From IMG/VR virus record IMGVR_UViG_3300018476_000013, positions 14,301 through 78,300 of that record: a DNA stretch of 64,000 nucleotides; one strand, given 5' to 3'. Positions within the stretch are counted from its first letter, which is position 1, and each line of letters starts with the position of its first letter. Source of the DNA: a virus. The notes under the pieces are model-generated. The model made no database searches. It was not told the origin of the DNA and saw only the letters and a list, made by a program, of their open reading frames with translations. Positions 24,805 through 35,800 of the stretch are shown one piece after another. Position numbers and translations under genes: made by a program.

Positions 24805-25075
24805 GTGCAGAGTTGTCCCCATGGTTGTCCCGCGGTTGTCCCCAGGGTTACCAACACGCCAGATGGCACTTATACTAGGTGCTCAGAATAGTAAGTCATT
24901 GTTTCTTAACGCTTTATCAGTTATTCCAATAGGCGTTCTGATTCGCGAATCAATTGGAACAAGTTCGGGGCAAGTTACACAAACGGATCAACATGATTGA
25001 TCCATGTATATCGAGGCCCTCAGATCAGTTACGGAGGCCCTCTGGTCGCGCTGGATGGCTGGGGTGGTGGTTCAT

Positions 25076-25501
25076 ATGCCTGGATTGTTTGATGGCCTTA
25101 AGCGCAATGCTGCGCGGGATGGTGGCCTGCCTAAGTTGTTCCGTCAGAACCTGACGACAGCCCAGTGGACCCCAGTAGAAACAGGAGCCACATCCCAAGG
25201 GGTTCCTGATCATGAATATTGTTTCCCTGATGGAGATCAGGGGTGGGTGGAGTTCAAGGCCACTGCCGCCTGGGCTGTGACCATCCGGCCCGAGCAAGTG
25301 GGGTGGTTGCTTCGTCGGCATCGGATGGGTGGTCGGTGTTTCGTAGCCATTCGTCGGCAACTCAGCGAACTATGGATAGTGAATGGGGCCGACGCGGGGG
25401 TGCTGAAATCAGGTGGATTGAAAGAAGTAGATCCATTGTTGATCAGTTACGAGCCATGGGATTGGCGCCAGGTTGAAAGAATTTTGAGGCAACGAAGATG
25501 A
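25076..25501 (+). CDS. VRR-NUC / Holliday junction resolvase-like nuclease
   Basis: GVPD..WVEFK..RPEQVGWL..GGRCFV. Confidence 0.8.
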   Translation: MPGLFDGLKRNAARDGGLPKLFRQNLTTAQWTPVETGATSQGVPDHEYCFPDGDQGWVEFKATAAWAVTIRPEQVGWLLRRHRMGGRCFVAIRRQLSELWIVNGADAGVLKSGGLKEVDPLLISYEPWDWRQVERILRQRR

Positions 25502-25575
25502 CGCTCACTACTTTAGCGTTGGGCATAAAAGCCCCTGTCTCTCCAGGCAATTGACTGATCAATCTTCACCAGTTT

Positions 25576-26118
25576 ATGCCCTGCGTGATCCGTAATAAAA
25601 CAACGGGGAGATTTCCTTTGGCCAAGGATGATTGGATTGCTGCCGTCACAGAACCCGCAGCAGAATACGCTGCTAAGATTGAACTGGAACGTTTAGGCCT
25701 AAGTCCATATCTCGCTCAATTCAGAAAAGTGTGGTCACCGCCAGGTGCCAGCAAGCCGATGGTGCGATTGCATCCACTGTTTCCTCGTTATTTGTTCTTG
25801 CCATTGGCTGAAGCCCGACATCGGGAGATGCACTACGCAAAAGGATTGCGTCGGCCTCGGGCCATCCTTGCAGATGCTGAAGGCAAGCCATGGGTGGCCA
25901 CTGGTCCCGAGATCAGTACGATCATTCAATTGGAGAAACAAGGTAGCTTTGACGAGATCATAGCCATTGGGGATCGGGTGAGATTGAAGAAAACAGGGGT
26001 GTTGTCGGGCATTGAGATCCTCTTATCGAAGTCCACTGAGCGGACTGCAGAGCTTTTCTTGCCCCTCTTTGGTGGGTGCCGTGGGACATCCACCATGGAA
26101 AATCTACAGCGTGCTTAG
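25576..26118 (+). CDS. NusG/RfaH-family transcription antiterminator
   Basis: NGN-domain PLFPRYLF, EISTI, KOW-like IGDRVRL; likely TTG start at 25618. Confidence 0.8.
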   Translation: MPCVIRNKTTGRFPLAKDDWIAAVTEPAAEYAAKIELERLGLSPYLAQFRKVWSPPGASKPMVRLHPLFPRYLFLPLAEARHREMHYAKGLRRPRAILADAEGKPWVATGPEISTIIQLEKQGSFDEIIAIGDRVRLKKTGVLSGIEILLSKSTERTAELFLPLFGGCRGTSTMENLQRA

Positions 26119-26531
26119 GTTAATCGAGCGGACAATTTTGGCCTCAAATGTCCTGCCACTTCCTAGGAATTGAGACGCCCCTCTGAGCCTCCATTTAGAT
26201 GAACCTATTGAAATATCAGGATAAAATTGGGTTCGTTTTGCTAAGATCCAACTAAATCCGATTTGAAATCAACTTAGTGCGGGCTCGGTTCCCTGAGTAA
26301 TCTACGGTTTTCAATCAGCAATCTGCCAGTTATGCTCCGCAGTTAACGCGGTTCCAGATCATCTTTCAGGTCCACCGGAGGTGGGGTGAAGGTCGGAATG
26401 GTGGGCACGATGGATGGGCAAGCCCAGGCCATTGTTAGAGGTAATGGGGCGAATAATCCGTCGATATTGGGGTCGGGTGGTGGTCGTAGCGTTTCAAAAA
26501 TTGATCTTGCAAAAATAGCAAAGAGTCTGCG

Positions 26532-27014
26532 ATGGCCCGTTCTGTAAATTTCGTCGACAAGAACCATCGTGTCGTCACACCAGAGAAAAAAGCTCGGGCA
26601 CCACATCTTTTCAAAAAAGGTCATCCGAAACCCGCAGGCAGTGGCCGCAAGGTTGGTCAACGCAATCATCACACGACGCTTCTGAAAGAATGCATCTTGA
26701 TGGCTGCTGAAATCGAGGGCATGAACGGCAAAGGCAAAGATGGCCTGACCGGTTTCCTCCGCAAGATTGCACAAGATGATTTGCGCGCATTCGCGATGTT
26801 GCTTGGCCGGGTGCTGCCATTGCAAATCGATCATCGCACTGATGTGCGGGTGGAGGTGACATACAAGACCGTTGAAGAGGTGCGTCGCGAATTGGAAGAA
26901 CGCGGCATCTCATTCGAAGCTGTCGATCGATTATCCAAACGTCCTACCTTGTATGATGTCGACGCTATCGATGTAAAAGCCAATGAGGTAGGCGATGAAC
27001 CTCAGGACCGATGA
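26532..27014 (+). CDS. terminase small subunit (putative)
   Basis: FKKGHP..GRKVG motif; immediately upstream of terL. Confidence 0.75.
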   Translation: MARSVNFVDKNHRVVTPEKKARAPHLFKKGHPKPAGSGRKVGQRNHHTTLLKECILMAAEIEGMNGKGKDGLTGFLRKIAQDDLRAFAMLLGRVLPLQIDHRTDVRVEVTYKTVEEVRRELEERGISFEAVDRLSKRPTLYDVDAIDVKANEVGDEPQDR

Positions 27015-28485
27015 TGCCCTGCAACGCCTGATGTCCATCAAGAGAGAATGGACGTCGGAAGAATTAAGATTGCTGGAAGATGTAGAAGCCCAGTTGGCTC
27101 GCGAAGATTTCTACAAATTCCGAAGATACATTCGGAAAAGCATGATCGACTCATGGTGGCAGCGGGATGTCGCCAAACATCTGATGTGGTTCTGGAATGA
27201 ACTATGTCTTGGTCATCGGCCCTCATTGGTCTTGCAAGCACCACCCCAACACGGCAAGACAGAACAAGTCACCGATTTCATCGCATGGTGCGCCGGCAAA
27301 AATCCTAACCTCCGCACGATCTTTGGTTCGTACTCCGACGACCTGGGTGTGCGTGTCAACATGACCCTGCAACGGATCATGGAGGGTCATCGATATCGGA
27401 ATGTATTCTCAAAGACTCGATTGAATGACAGCAGCAACACGACAGTTGCTTCTAGGTGGATGCGGAATTCGTCGCTGTTAGAATACGTCGAATGCGATGG
27501 ATCATTCCGAAATACGACCGTGATGGGTCAGATCAACGGCCAAGGTCTCGACATCGGTGTTATCGATGACCCGATCAAGGGTCGTTCAGAGGCACAATCG
27601 AAAACGATCAGAGATAAAACCTGGTCATGGTTCACAGATGACTTCTTCGGTCGGTTCAGTGATCATGCAGGCTTCTTGATGATCATGACGCGATGGCACC
27701 TCGACGATCCGGCAGGTCGATGGTTGGAATTGTTTCCTGATACGAAGGTCCTGAAATATCCGGCCGTTGCCATGGAAGATACTGAGAACCGCCGTCAAGG
27801 TGAAGCTCTGTTTCCTGAATTGAAGCCCATCGAATTCTTAGAACAGCGCAGACAAGCACTGACCCTTGCATCGTGGGAAAGCCTTTATCAGCAGAACCCG
27901 ATCATCGTCGGTGGTGGTCTTTTCCCGATTGAACGGTTCAACATCATTCCGACGATCGATAGATCGAAGATAAAAAAATCAATCCGGTATGTCGACAAGG
28001 CAGGTACTGCAGATGGTGGTGCCTACACTGCTGCTTCTCTCGTGCATCACATGGCCGACGGCACCACAGTTGTTGAGGACATGTTGCGTGGCCAATGGTC
28101 TGCACTTGAACGAGAACAGCGTGTGCTGCAAGCAGCTCAGCAAGACAAAGCCACATGTCCTCGATACCAGCTATGGTTCGAGCAAGAGCCTGGATCAGGT
28201 GGTAAAGAATCTGCAGAAAATAGCGTGCGACGGTTCAAGGGCTTCGATGTTCACATGGACAAGGTGACCGGCAGCAAAGAGGTACGCGCAGAACCATACG
28301 CTGCCCAGGTGCAGGCGGGCCAGGTGTTCTTGAAGGCTGCGAATTGGAATAGGGACTTCCTTGAAGAGCACGAGCAAGCGCCATTCGGCAAGTACATGGA
28401 TCAGGTGGACTCGACCGCAGGTGCGTTCAACAAATTGGCCGAACAATTATCTGGGTACGATCGGACGCTGGCGTGGGTGGGATAA
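26995..28485 (+). CDS. terL: terminase large subunit
   Basis: APPQHGKT, IDDPIKG, MTRWHLDD, YQQNP, EQEPGSGG, DQVD. Confidence 0.95.
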   Translation: MNLRTDDALQRLMSIKREWTSEELRLLEDVEAQLAREDFYKFRRYIRKSMIDSWWQRDVAKHLMWFWNELCLGHRPSLVLQAPPQHGKTEQVTDFIAWCAGKNPNLRTIFGSYSDDLGVRVNMTLQRIMEGHRYRNVFSKTRLNDSSNTTVASRWMRNSSLLEYVECDGSFRNTTVMGQINGQGLDIGVIDDPIKGRSEAQSKTIRDKTWSWFTDDFFGRFSDHAGFLMIMTRWHLDDPAGRWLELFPDTKVLKYPAVAMEDTENRRQGEALFPELKPIEFLEQRRQALTLASWESLYQQNPIIVGGGLFPIERFNIIPTIDRSKIKKSIRYVDKAGTADGGAYTAASLVHHMADGTTVVEDMLRGQWSALEREQRVLQAAQQDKATCPRYQLWFEQEPGSGGKESAENSVRRFKGFDVHMDKVTGSKEVRAEPYAAQVQAGQVFLKAANWNRDFLEEHEQAPFGKYMDQVDSTAGAFNKLAEQLSGYDRTLAWVG

Positions 28486-28491
28486 TTCAAC

Positions 28492-28704
28492 ATGGGTTGG
28501 ATGACCGAATTACTAAAACGGGAGGATGACATGGACGAATTATTCGACGCGATTATTCAGGCAGCAGAGAAGACCGCAGCACAGGCAAGCGGTAATGACC
28601 AGGATGACTGGAATAACTTTGCGAAAGCTCTTCGTGTAGAGCGGGAGCAACTGGAGCAAGACATCGAAGATCGGCCGAAGCCCACTCCGCATGATGACGA
28701 ATGA
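28492..28704 (+). CDS. small acidic hypothetical protein
   Basis: GGAGG RBS before internal ATG at 28531. Confidence 0.55.
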   Translation: MGWMTELLKREDDMDELFDAIIQAAEKTAAQASGNDQDDWNNFAKALRVEREQLEQDIEDRPKPTPHDDE

Positions 28705-28729
28705 ATAATAAAAAACAAGGAATAACAAG

Positions 28730-29167
28730 ATGGCTTTGACTGTTCTGAATGGTCCCGTGATCGAGGCCGGAGAGTCTTTATCCGAGGGCCTCGATTGTCG
28801 TGGCGGGCAATTGGTCCGCATCACCATGCCGCAGGAGTGGAGTGATGATGCGCCGTTGACGTTTGAATTCTCCACTGATGGTGTTTTCTACAATGATATG
28901 TTCGACCTCAAGGGTTTTGCTGTCACCATCGAAAAGGTAGTGCCTGGTAGTGGTGTGATCATCCCTGCCGATGTTGGTCGTGCTATTGCATTCATCAAAT
29001 TTCGCAGTGGCACCCGCGGCAATCCGGTAGTGCAGAACGAACAGCGTTATTTCGCGGTGACCCTGGTGACCGATGATGTCGTTGCTCCGCCGGCGCGCAG
29101 TGCAAGCAAGCGGAAGAAAGCACCGACGAAGAAGTCGGCTGTGAAGAAAAAGAAAACGGGTCGATGA
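28730..29167 (+). CDS. hypothetical (probably structural) protein
   Basis: Beta-rich, Lys-rich tail; RBS AAGGA. Confidence 0.7.
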   Translation: MALTVLNGPVIEAGESLSEGLDCRGGQLVRITMPQEWSDDAPLTFEFSTDGVFYNDMFDLKGFAVTIEKVVPGSGVIIPADVGRAIAFIKFRSGTRGNPVVQNEQRYFAVTLVTDDVVAPPARSASKRKKAPTKKSAVKKKKTGR

Positions 29168-29530
29168 TTGTCGTCGTGCGTGATGGGGCAATTGCGCTCT
29201 ATACATACGACACGGATACCAAGACCGAGGGGCTGTCTCCAGCGAAAGCCGATATCGAAGATATCAGAACAGCATTGCGTGAGGCATTGGAGTTTATCGG
29301 GAGTGATCCGCCATGACCGACGATGAAATCCGTGACTGCATTTCGATCTTGGAGCAGCAGATCAAACGGCGCAATCAACCGAAATTGTGGGATCTGATCG
29401 AAGAGGCCGAGGCCATCCTGGATGGTAGGGGCACGGTGTTGAACCGCACGCAAGTGGAGCACGACCTTGAACGTGAGTTGCTACTTCTGTAAATGGCTTG
29501 CTCGATATCTAAATCATTGGAGATGGTGGC

Positions 29531-29692
29531 ATGGCGGAAAAAATCTACATGTGGATCGCATGGCATCTGCCTCGAACACTCGTGATGTGGTGCGCAGTTC
29601 GCATTGGCGCGCACGCAACACAAGGTGAATACAGCAATCAAGAAGTGCCGGCGCTGTCGTTCATGGATGCATTGAAGCGATGGGAAAAATAG
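29531..29692 (+). CDS. small hypothetical protein (53 aa, not in ORF track)
   Basis: MAEKIYMWIAWHLPR..DALKRWEK; stop abuts the portal ATG. Confidence 0.6.
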   Translation: MAEKIYMWIAWHLPRTLVMWCAVRIGAHATQGEYSNQEVPALSFMDALKRWEK

Positions 29693-31111
29693 ATGGCCTA
29701 TCAATTCTTCGACACCTTCCATAATTTCTTAAGCGGCCTTGGTGTCCAGGGCCGCGATAAGATGACGGCCTTTTCTTACGTCAAGCCGATATGGACCCGC
29801 CAACAACTCGAAGCATCTTTTCAATCAGACTGGATTGCACGCAAGGCCATTAGCATTCCGGCCCAGGATGCAACGCGTGAATGGCGGTCGTGGCAGGCCA
29901 AGGGCAAACAGATCGAACAGTTGGAAGCCACAGAGAACAGGCTGCAGGTCCAGTTGAAATTGCAGCAGGCACTGACCAAGGCGCGTCTGTATGGTGGTGC
30001 GTGCATCTTGATTGGTGTCGACGGCAACATGTCGAAAGAACTGGACCCTGCCACCATCCCGAAAGATGGTCTCAAATATCTGCATGTCCTGGCACCGCAT
30101 CAATTGACCGTCGAGAGATTGGTTCATGATCTTGAGTCGCCGTATTATGGGCAACCTGAATATTATGAATTGTCCGACAACATCAGCCGCACGAAGAGCG
30201 TCAAGATCCACCCATCACGGATGGTGCGATTGATCGGTCTCGACCAACCTGATCCCATGGAAGGGTCAGGATGGGGTGATCCAGTGATGCAGGTTATTCA
30301 CGACAGCGTCAGTGCCGCAGGCACAGTGATGCAATCCATCGCAGTGTTGGTGTCAGAAGCCAAGCTGGATGTGATCAAGATCCCTGGTCTCACCGAGATA
30401 TTCAGCACCACTGAGGGCACCAATCGCCTGGTGAAAAGATTTACTGAGGCCAATGTCGCGAAATCAGTGGTCAATGCCCTGATCATGGATGCCGAAGAAG
30501 AATGGCAGCGAATTGGTGTCAATTTCCAGGGAATGCCTGAGGTCCTGCAGATGTATTTGCAGATGGCCGCGGGCGCGGCCGACATCCCCGCAACACGCTT
30601 CTTGGGTCAATCGCCTGCCGGATTGAACAGCACAGGCGATAGTGATCTGCAGAATTACTATGATCGGATTGCTTCTGATCAGGAATTGCGCCTCACACCG
30701 GCGCTTGAGAAACTAGACAAGGCCATCATTCAATCTGCCCTCGGCAAGACCGATGAGAACATCTTCTACAATTGGAATTCGTTGTGGCAGATGACGGATG
30801 CTGAAAAAGCCGACATCGCCAAGAAGAAAGCCGAAGTGGTCAAGATTGATGTGGATTGTGGGCTGATCCCATTCGTTGCTCTGGCCAAAGGCCGATCCAA
30901 TCAGTTGATCGAAGATGGTACCTATCCTGGCTTCGAGGCTGCATTGGAAGAAGAATTAGCTAAGCAAGATTTTGCTGAACGGGAAGAAGAGGCGATCATC
31001 AAGGAAGAGGAAGCGGCCAAGCAGGCTGCTGAAATCGCCAAAGCGGGTAAGGAAGAGGAAGATCCTGAAGAGCCGAAGAAACCCGCCAAGGAAAAAGTAC
31101 CAGCCGAATGA
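29693..31111 (+). CDS. portal protein (DUF1073-type)
   Basis: IPAQDATREWR, ARLYGG, IHPSRM, GAADIPATRFLGQSPAGLNSTGDSDLQNYYD. Confidence 0.92.
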   Translation: MAYQFFDTFHNFLSGLGVQGRDKMTAFSYVKPIWTRQQLEASFQSDWIARKAISIPAQDATREWRSWQAKGKQIEQLEATENRLQVQLKLQQALTKARLYGGACILIGVDGNMSKELDPATIPKDGLKYLHVLAPHQLTVERLVHDLESPYYGQPEYYELSDNISRTKSVKIHPSRMVRLIGLDQPDPMEGSGWGDPVMQVIHDSVSAAGTVMQSIAVLVSEAKLDVIKIPGLTEIFSTTEGTNRLVKRFTEANVAKSVVNALIMDAEEEWQRIGVNFQGMPEVLQMYLQMAAGAADIPATRFLGQSPAGLNSTGDSDLQNYYDRIASDQELRLTPALEKLDKAIIQSALGKTDENIFYNWNSLWQMTDAEKADIAKKKAEVVKIDVDCGLIPFVALAKGRSNQLIEDGTYPGFEAALEEELAKQDFAEREEEAIIKEEEAAKQAAEIAKAGKEEEDPEEPKKPAKEKVPAE

Positions 31112-31124
31112 TGGACAACCCCCA

Positions 31125-32036
31125 ATGAACATGATGATCCTCGATGATCGTCGGCGAGATCCAACGCGAAGCAGCGGGATACGGCGGCATGGTCGGGGTG
31201 TCATCAATCGGCGGGTCTTCGAATTGCACAAGGGCTTGCGACAGGCTATTCAAGAACAAGATGTCATCGGCCTGAAAGAAACACCCTCACAGTTTCTTTC
31301 CTGGGTGGAGAACAACGCACAGAAGATCGGCCGCACAGAACCCGTGATGCAACGTCTCGTCGAGTCATCCGTGTCACAACCATCTGATTGGCTGACAGAG
31401 ACCATCACTGCCGCTGTGTTCAGAGGTGTGGCGCAGGCTCTTCGAGAGCTGAAGAACGATCAGCAGTTACTCGATCCGTCGGAGGTCATCGAATTCCATG
31501 GCCTCAAGACAGCCCATGAAGTGCAAGGCATAGGGTGGGAAACCAAGCGACGGTTCTTGCGGCATGTCGGTAATGCGTTGGAAAAGAAACAACGGCCGGC
31601 AGAACTGATGCGGGAGATGCGGGCCACATTGGAAAACGTAACTCGCCGGCGCTTGATACTCCTAGTCAATACGGCAGTGGTTGGTGCACTCAATGCTGGT
31701 AAGCTGTTGGCTTATCGTGAAAACGGTATTCTGCAAGTGGGTATTGAGCCTGAATGGTTGCCTGCTCCTAATCGGCATTCTGTTGGTGATCGTCGGCATT
31801 CCATGGGCCATTCTCACCGGCATCATTTACGCGACGAAGCACTTGTTAACGTACTGACCGCAGGTGATGATGACGTCTGCGATGAGTGTGAAGACATCGC
31901 GGGTGATGGTCCGTATGATCTTGAAGAGGCCGCGGGCTTGATCCCTGCCCATCCCAATTGCCGTTGCGCCTTTGTGCCGTTCGGAGATCGTCGATTTGCT
32001 GAAATCGAAGAACAGCGAGAACGAGATGACGATTGA
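31125..32036 (+). CDS. head morphogenesis protein (MuF / SPP1 gp7-like)
   Basis: RDPTRS N-terminus; TAGDDDVCDEC..IPAHPNCRC; follows the portal gene. Confidence 0.85.
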   Translation: MNMMILDDRRRDPTRSSGIRRHGRGVINRRVFELHKGLRQAIQEQDVIGLKETPSQFLSWVENNAQKIGRTEPVMQRLVESSVSQPSDWLTETITAAVFRGVAQALRELKNDQQLLDPSEVIEFHGLKTAHEVQGIGWETKRRFLRHVGNALEKKQRPAELMREMRATLENVTRRRLILLVNTAVVGALNAGKLLAYRENGILQVGIEPEWLPAPNRHSVGDRRHSMGHSHRHHLRDEALVNVLTAGDDDVCDECEDIAGDGPYDLEEAAGLIPAHPNCRCAFVPFGDRRFAEIEEQRERDDD

Positions 32037-32382
32037 ACGCGGCGAAATGCCAACAGGTAAAGATCGACAATCAGCACTCGAGCAGCCGACCCCGTTGACT
32101 GTTGAACCTGTCGTTCTGACGAACGAGACCTATCCGCCGATCAGATCCACCCCCACAATTATCATCATGGAGAAAGAAATGGGCCGTCGTTTTACAGTGC
32201 TTGATGACTTCACAAGCGAAGAGACAGCATCGGATTACGTTGCCGGGTTGTCCTATGAAGCCCGTGATGAGGACGAGAAATTGCTCGGCCTGATCGATCA
32301 GTGGATCAAAGAGGGCAAGGTACGCGAGGGCGGACCCGAGGCCCAGATGACTGGCGGTGACGCCGAAGAAGACGATAAGTAA
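32026..32382 (+). CDS. hypothetical protein
   Basis: ORF in head operon; start may be 32179. Confidence 0.55.
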   Translation: MTIERGEMPTGKDRQSALEQPTPLTVEPVVLTNETYPPIRSTPTIIIMEKEMGRRFTVLDDFTSEETASDYVAGLSYEARDEDEKLLGLIDQWIKEGKVREGGPEAQMTGGDAEEDDK

Positions 32383-32418
32383 GATCCCCATTTTCCTTTC
32401 CAACCAGGAGTAACACCA

Positions 32419-32796
32419 ATGGCTGTGACCCATCCTGCCGCCGTCCGTACTGGCATGGCGGATTTTGTCGTCGATCAACTTGACCTCAATACACCACCTG
32501 GCAAAGTGGTCATGTTGACCGCGGCCAGTGCTGTGGTGGCGACATTGACGCTAGCCAATCCGGCATTCGGTGCAGCAGCTGCTGGTGTGGCCACTGCCAA
32601 CACCATCGCGGCAGATACCAACGCAGTAGGTGGCACCATTGCCAAGGCCGAATTGCGCCAGGGCAATGCCACGCCGATCATCCTTTGCAGCGTCACAGCA
32701 ACGGGTGGCGGCGGTGATATCCAGCTCAACTCAGTGGTGATTTCTGCTGGTCAACAGGTATCGCTGACCTCATTGACGTATGCAGCCCCAGCATAG
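32419..32796 (+). CDS. small virion structural protein
   Basis: Ala/Thr/Gly-rich beta protein; strong RBS; paralog of 51002-51385. Confidence 0.75.
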   Translation: MAVTHPAAVRTGMADFVVDQLDLNTPPGKVVMLTAASAVVATLTLANPAFGAAAAGVATANTIAADTNAVGGTIAKAELRQGNATPIILCSVTATGGGGDIQLNSVVISAGQQVSLTSLTYAAPA

Positions 32797-32849
32797 TGTC
32801 ATCCCTTGCGACACCTGCCATCTGTGCTGCAAATTGAAAGGGGAGTGAT

Positions 32850-35800
32850 ATGCCGCTTCCCGTCACTATCACCGGCATAAGCACGGCGGTCGCACCGGTT
32901 GGGCCGTTTGCTGTCGCACCAAAGATGGGGCCGCTCGTTATTAGTACGGCGCTCGGCAATCTCATCACGAGCATGGGGTCTTCAGCAAACGGTACGGAAC
33001 GAGTTGGACAGGTTTTCACTGTTGGAGAGAATGGTGGAAGTCTTGCGTCTGCCCAACTGTTCTTGCAGAAGGTCGGTGCGCCAACAGACAACATTGTCGT
33101 CAATGTCTACAAGGCGGATGCTGCCGGTTTGATCCCGACAGGGGCATCGCTTGCTACAGCTAGCGTACTAGCATCAACCGTCGTGAACGGCAGTTGGATT
33201 ACCTTCACGTTCGCGACACCGCTCGCGCTCACTGCGAATACCAAGTATGTCCTGACCGCCCAACGCAGCGGCGCGATAAACACTTCGAATTACGTTAGTT
33301 GGTACGGCGGGGCAGACACGTATCCCGGTGGCTACTATTGTGTCTACTACTCTACAACCGGAAAATGGACAACAGAAACGCCGTACTTCAACGGCCACTG
33401 CATGTTGCTTCAGCTATTCGATGCTGGTGTTGGCACCTCGACATTGATCACAACGACTGTGGCGACCGCGCTCACACCATTCGGCAACGCGGCTAGGCCA
33501 CAGGTCGGGCAGACATTTACAACGACCGGCGATCTATCCATCACCAAGATCGGCTTCCGGCTTAGGAGAACGAGCGGTAACACCACCGATCAGATCGCAG
33601 TTGATATCTACGCGACAGATGCGGGTGGTTTGCCGACAGGCCCGTCGCTTGGGCGCGCCGCTGGGCCGACCAAGTGGATATCAACGTCACGCAGTGACGA
33701 GTATTCATTCTGGTTCGATGCCCCTATCGCCCTCGTTGCGGGGAAATATGCGGCGGTGCTGTCGCGCACTGGGTCAACAGACGAAGCAAACTATTTTAAT
33801 CTTCTAGGCGCATCGACAGATGTTTATGCAGGCGGGTCGCTGGTGTCGTTCAACGGCACAAGCTGGAGCGCAACTGCATCGTCGGATGGCGCACTGAAGA
33901 TCACCTATCTCACAGTGCCGACTTATTATCTGTTTGGCTTTAATGACATTGGTGGCTCTGATGGCAGGCGGCTTGTTACTCTGAAGGCCGATGATCCTTC
34001 ATCAGAATGGACGTTGATAAATAGCTTGCCGACAATCGGCAACACGCCGATCTATCAAATGGCAGGCTATCAGGTTGGCGGCGTTTTCCACATTCTGTTG
34101 AGTCAGTCAGGCTCCCCAACTATCAACGATGTCCGTTATTGCAAATGGGATTCCGCGACTGATAGTTGGGCTGTCAACAATGAAACTGTTGTCGCCAACG
34201 TATCGATGACGGGAACGACTTTCGCCCAATCGAATGGTGTTTCTTTAGTTGTTCGATCAACCGGTGATGTGGTTGCGTTCTATAACGGTGCATCAAGCAA
34301 CACATCAGGCAAGCCTTACTGCCGGTTGTACTATCGCATTCGCAGCAATGCCGGCACATGGGGCACAGCGGTCAGGGTCGATGCCAATACAGCGTTTGAC
34401 AATACTAGTCCTGAAGCCGTCCTGGGTGCCTCTGACATTGTTCATTTTCTGTGGGCGATCTCTTCTAGTATGCAGCATCGGGCTTTGTCGGCTGCGAACG
34501 CTCTGCAAACCGCCTCGACATACAGCATAACCAGTTGGGCACCAGAACAAGCCATTTCATATTCTAGTGCAGGTGTGACCAAAGTTGTCGCCGTCTCAAC
34601 AAATGCGGCCAATAGAAATACGGCAGTTCGTTTTGACAGCGGGCTCACCCCAACACTGGCAGGGACCTCTACTGGTAACAATGCTAATGCCCGGACGCCA
34701 AGCCGTATTTTTAACAATGGAGAAACACTTCACGTTCTCGAGTTACTTACAACCGCTAGTGATCTTAACATTACGTCATCAACTGACCATGGAGCCACTT
34801 GGTCCGCTCATATGGTAGCTTTTGCCGGGACAGTCGCTACATCTAGTACCAACCTTTCCAAAGACGCTACTATTTACCAGCGCGACAACAATTTTGTCAT
34901 CCCCTACCTCGTCAACGACAACGGGATATGGAAATACAACGAGTATGATGTCACGCCGCCAACAGTGGATGCGTGGAATAGAGCCGACAAATCTGCCAAC
35001 ATCACGTTATCGAACGCTGACAAGACCGCAATCGTTTCTGCTACGGGAGCTAGTGGTGTTCACTCGACGCAAACCCAGATGTCAGCGACAGCAGGGAAAT
35101 ATTATGCCGAATTAAAAGTTGAGGCGGTCGGCGGCCAGCTTGGCATGCAGATGACGGCCACTGATGAGACCAACGCTGGTTTCGCGAACAGCTATTATGT
35201 CGGCACTGACGGAAGGATTTGGTCTTCCACACAAGTTGTAGGCACTGTCGGCAGCGCCCTTGTTGCTGGAGATGTTGTCTGTCTGGCTACGGATTTCGGT
35301 GCCAAATTATATTGGTTCAAGAAAAACAACGATTTCTGGAATAACAGCGCTACGGCTGACCCTGCAACCGGCGTTGGCGGATTGGCTTCTTATGGTTCAG
35401 CGTTTCCATTCTCGCTTTGGTTTGGTGGTGGCGCAATAGGTTCTGGTGCCACTATCCGCACCGAGCTTGCCGATTTAACCCTACAAGGACCGGCCGGCTT
35501 CACAACATGGATGGGCGAGGTCATCCCGCTGCCGTCCATTGCCGATGCATGGAACGTCAATGACGTTGGCGTTGACGTTTCTCAAAATCTATCTAACGGC
35601 GACAAGACCGTGACAGCGACCGGCGCGGGTACTGGCGCAGCCAGATCGACGCAAAAAAGGGTCAACGGTCAGGCAGGTTTGTACTACGCGGAATGCCGTG
35701 TTGATCAACCTTACCTTCGTTTCGGGCTAAAACTCGTTACAAGCGCCATCGCAAGTCAAACTGCGGATGCGTTATACGTCAGCGACCAAGGACTTGTGCT

